DNA of 64,000 nucleotides from positions 443-64,442 of the forward strand of contig CAZVQU010000002.1 of the NCBI GenBank assembly GCA_964629655.1. Reading direction: 5' to 3'. Under the pieces are notes generated by a model. It was not told the origin of the DNA. It was given only the letters and a program-made list of their open reading frames with translations, and made no database searches. Shown piece after piece: positions 61,185 through 64,000 of this stretch. The stretch is from an uncultured Planctomycetia bacterium (GTDB taxonomy: Bacteria > Omnitrophota > Gorgyraeia > Duberdicusellales > 4484-171). The position numbers were made by a program, and so were the translations under genes. Numbering within the stretch: the stretch's first letter is position 1; each line of letters begins with the position of its first letter.

Positions 61185-61685
61185 ATGGTAGTTTTAGGGG
61201 TAGACGTCGGTCTGCGAACTTGCGGTTATGTTATCGCCGCAGTGAAAAATTTGGAAGTAAGCTTGATTAAGGAGGGTCAGATAAAGCCTGACCCTCGAGG
61301 AGAGCTTCCTGAAAAATTAAGTTACATCTTTGAAAATCTAAAAAAAGAGGCCCGAGAATATAAGCCTGAGGCAATTATAGTTGAAAAGCTCTACTCACAC
61401 TATCGACATCCAACGACCTTAGGCGTGTTGGCCCAAGTAAGAGGCATTGTGGTTCTTCTCTCAAAACAGGAAAAAATCGCGTTCTTTGAATATTCACCTA
61501 CTCGGGCCCGAAAGTCTTTTTTGGGTCGCGGCAATGTTAATTCGCAACAAGTAAAGAGAATGGCTGAGAATGTAACCGGAAGAAAATTTGACTCCCTGCA
61601 TACAGCTGATGCTTTTTCCTTAGTGGTTGCTTTTTCGCATGCTCAAAAATTAAATCGGCTTCTGAACAAGACTAGTTTCAATTAA
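61185..61685 (+). CDS. ruvC: Holliday junction resolvase RuvC
   Basis: LGVDVG..CGY, IVE, EYSP, ADA. Confidence 0.88.
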   Translation: MVVLGVDVGLRTCGYVIAAVKNLEVSLIKEGQIKPDPRGELPEKLSYIFENLKKEAREYKPEAIIVEKLYSHYRHPTTLGVLAQVRGIVVLLSKQEKIAFFEYSPTRARKSFLGRGNVNSQQVKRMAENVTGRKFDSLHTADAFSLVVAFSHAQKLNRLLNKTSFN

Positions 61686-61690
61686 AAGGC

Positions 61691-62299
61691 ATGATCTACC
61701 AAATTAAAGGAAGGCTGGCAAAAAAGGAAGAAAATCGAGTAGTAGTAGATGTTGCTGGTATTTTTTACGAGATAAGTGTTCCCAAGACCGTAGCTCAACG
61801 TTTAGGTAAGGATAGCGAAGAAGTTACACTAGTTATCTATCACTATTTTAAGCTTGATAAAAACCGAGGCACTCCTGTGATGGTCGGTTTTATTGAAGAG
61901 CTGGAAAGAGATTTCTTTGAAAAGTTCATAAGTGTCTCCGGAGTGGGCCCAAAAGCTGCTCTAAAGGCTTTTGATAAGCCGGTAGCAAGAATTGCCCAAG
62001 CCATAGAAGAAAATGATGATAGTTTCCTGCAGGGTCTAGCTGGGATAGGAAAACAACGGGCAAAACAAATTATTGCTCATCTCCAAGGTAAAGTCGGCAG
62101 GTTTGCTTTAATAAAAGAGGGGCAACCGCCAAGAGAACCTTTGGGCAAAGAAGTTGTTGCTGAAACCAAGGAAATTCTAAAACGTCTTCAATACAAAAGC
62201 AGTGAAGCTGATAGTATGATTAGGAAAGCCTTAGAGGGAAAACCGCAAGTCGATAGCAGTGGAGAACTGCTTAATGAAATCTATCGCCAGCGTAAGTAA
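61691..62299 (+). CDS. ruvA: Holliday junction branch migration protein RuvA
   Basis: MIYQIKG, VSGVGPK, GIGK.RA. Confidence 0.9.
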   Translation: MIYQIKGRLAKKEENRVVVDVAGIFYEISVPKTVAQRLGKDSEEVTLVIYHYFKLDKNRGTPVMVGFIEELERDFFEKFISVSGVGPKAALKAFDKPVARIAQAIEENDDSFLQGLAGIGKQRAKQIIAHLQGKVGRFALIKEGQPPREPLGKEVVAETKEILKRLQYKSSEADSMIRKALEGKPQVDSSGELLNEIYRQRK

Positions 62300-62314
62300 A
62301 GAGGTTTCTTGAAA

Positions 62315-62917
62315 ATGGATACAACAAACATAAAATCAATTCTTGAAGCTTTATTGTTTATTAATGAACGTCCAATCGAAGTGGGAGAACTTACCGAGGT
62401 TTTAGAGGTTAGTCGTAAAGAGATCGAAAAATCCTTGGAGGAGCTTGCTCTTGAATACAGAGAACGTTGTTCAGGAATATGCATTGTAAAGGTTGCTGGC
62501 GGATACCAGATGTGTTCGGCACCGGATAATGACACTTGGGTTAAAAAGATGTATCAAGAGAGGGGTAAGCAAAAACTCTCCACAGCATCTTTAGAGACCT
62601 TAGCGGTAATTGCTTACAGGCAGCCAGTTACCAGAGTTGAAATTGAAGCTATCCGAGGGGTTAACGTCGACGGGGTAGCACGAAAACTCTCGGAACTTGG
62701 TTTGATAAAAATTGCCGGAAGAAAAGATGTTATTGGAAAACCCTTTCTTTACATCACCACACGAAAATTTCTGGAGTATTTCGGCATTAACACCTTGAAG
62801 GATTTGCCAAAATTAGAAGAGTTTGTAGCATTGGCCGAAAAGGATAAAATAAATACTGGAGTTGAAACCGAAGAAATTAAAACCACTATTGAAGAGGAGA
62901 AGGAGGTAACGAGATGA
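62315..62917 (+). CDS. scpB: SMC-Scp complex subunit ScpB
   Basis: [28 protein letters not shown]. Confidence 0.93.
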   Translation: MDTTNIKSILEALLFINERPIEVGELTEVLEVSRKEIEKSLEELALEYRERCSGICIVKVAGGYQMCSAPDNDTWVKKMYQERGKQKLSTASLETLAVIAYRQPVTRVEIEAIRGVNVDGVARKLSELGLIKIAGRKDVIGKPFLYITTRKFLEYFGINTLKDLPKLEEFVALAEKDKINTGVETEEIKTTIEEEKEVTR

Positions 62918-64000
62918 AAACTTATTTTGCTTCAGAGTCAGTAACCGAGGGGCACCCTGATAAAGTTTGTGATCAAATATCCGATGCTGTATTAGATGCA
63001 GTATTGGTCAATGATAAGAGAAGCCGGGTTGCTTGCGAAGCTTTAGTTACTCGGGGTTTTGTAATGGTAGCCGGCGAAATAACTACCGATTGTTATGTAG
63101 CAATTCCCAAAATAGTTAGAGGTTTGTTAAAGGATATCGGATATGATGATCCGGCAGTAGGCTTTGATTATGAGAGTTGTGGAGTAACCACAGCTATCCA
63201 GGAGCAATCTCCGGATATAGCTTTAGGCGTGGACACCGGTGGTGCCGGCGATCAAGGCTTAATGTTTGGATTTGCAAACAATGAAACTCCTGAACTTATG
63301 CCGCTTCCCATTATGTTATCCCATAAATTAGTGAAGCGTCTTGCTCAGGTACGTAAAGAAGGGCTCATGGATTACTTACGGCCAGATGGAAAGGCTCAAG
63401 TATCAGTAGAGTATGAAAACGGCAAACCAAGGAGAGTTGATGCTATAATTATCGGTGCTCACCATACTAAAAATGCAAAGATGGATATTTTGCAAGAAGA
63501 GGTTAAGAAAATGGTGATTAAACAAATAGTACCCGAAGATATGCTCGATGCCAATACTAAATACTTTATTAACGGTACTGGACGTTTTGAAGTCGGTGGC
63601 CCAGTCTCTGATACCGGAGTAACCGGACGAAAGATCATCGTTGACACTTATGGCGGCTATGCCCGCCATGGTGGAGGAGCTTTTAGCGGTAAAGATCCTT
63701 CAAAGGTGGATCGCTCAGCCTCCTATATGTCTCGCTATATTGCAAAGAATATTGTTAAGGCTGGGATTGCTTCAGCCTGCGAGATCCAACTCTCTTATTG
63801 TATCGGCGTAGCTGAGCCGGTTTCTGTGAGCGTAAATACATTTGGAACATCTAAGGTTGATGAAGAAAAAATTTCCAAAGCCATCCGTCAAGTTTTTAAA
63901 CTTACCCCGGCTGGTATTATCGAAGAGTTAAACCTGTTGCAACCAATATACACAAAAACCGCTGCTTATGGACATTTTGGCCGTGAGGGTGAAGGATTCA
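62914..64000 (+). CDS. metK: S-adenosylmethionine synthetase (truncated by window end)
   Basis: [44 protein letters not shown]. Confidence 0.95.
   Translation, partial: MKTYFASESVTEGHPDKVCDQISDAVLDAVLVNDKRSRVACEALVTRGFVMVAGEITTDCYVAIPKIVRGLLKDIGYDDPAVGFDYESCGVTTAIQEQSPDIALGVDTGGAGDQGLMFGFANNETPELMPLPIMLSHKLVKRLAQVRKEGLMDYLRPDGKAQVSVEYENGKPRRVDAIIIGAHHTKNAKMDILQEEVKKMVIKQIVPEDMLDANTKYFINGTGRFEVGGPVSDTGVTGRKIIVDTYGGYARHGGGAFSGKDPSKVDRSASYMSRYIAKNIVKAGIASACEIQLSYCIGVAEPVSVSVNTFGTSKVDEEKISKAIRQVFKLTPAGIIEELNLLQPIYTKTAAYGHFGREGEGF

Overview
Bacterial chromosomal window, AT-rich. Gene content is suggestive of Candidatus Omnitrophota/PVC; this is inference and not checked. Most of it is core genome: the 3' end of 5S rRNA, six tRNAs, tmRNA, archease-rtcB, serS, ileS, valS, aroA, uvrB, CIRCE-groESL, a pyruvate:ferredoxin oxidoreductase operon, signalling genes, ruvCA, scpB and a partial metK. 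The main accessory region is an ~8.2 kb large-serine-recombinase element inserted in the 3' end of tRNA-Ser(TGA), 5180-13357. Just upstream of its integrase gene it carries an inverted, pre-joined copy of its own excision junction (attP-like, 6757-6965). That copy has a perfect 34-bp match to the left end, a perfect 178-bp match to the right end, and further colinear 14-17 bp blocks complementary to the integrase 3' end, interspersed with hairpins. One strand can therefore fold so that both element ends are splinted together, and inversion would swap the integrase C-terminus or flip the cargo. The cargo is rich in predicted RNases (HEPN, DUF5677-like, NYN), and the NYN gene faces a small promoter-hairpin-terminator RNA unit. 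Remnants of older tyrosine-integrase elements lie at tRNA-Ser and between two tRNA-Arg genes. All calls come from reading the sequence; no database searches were run.
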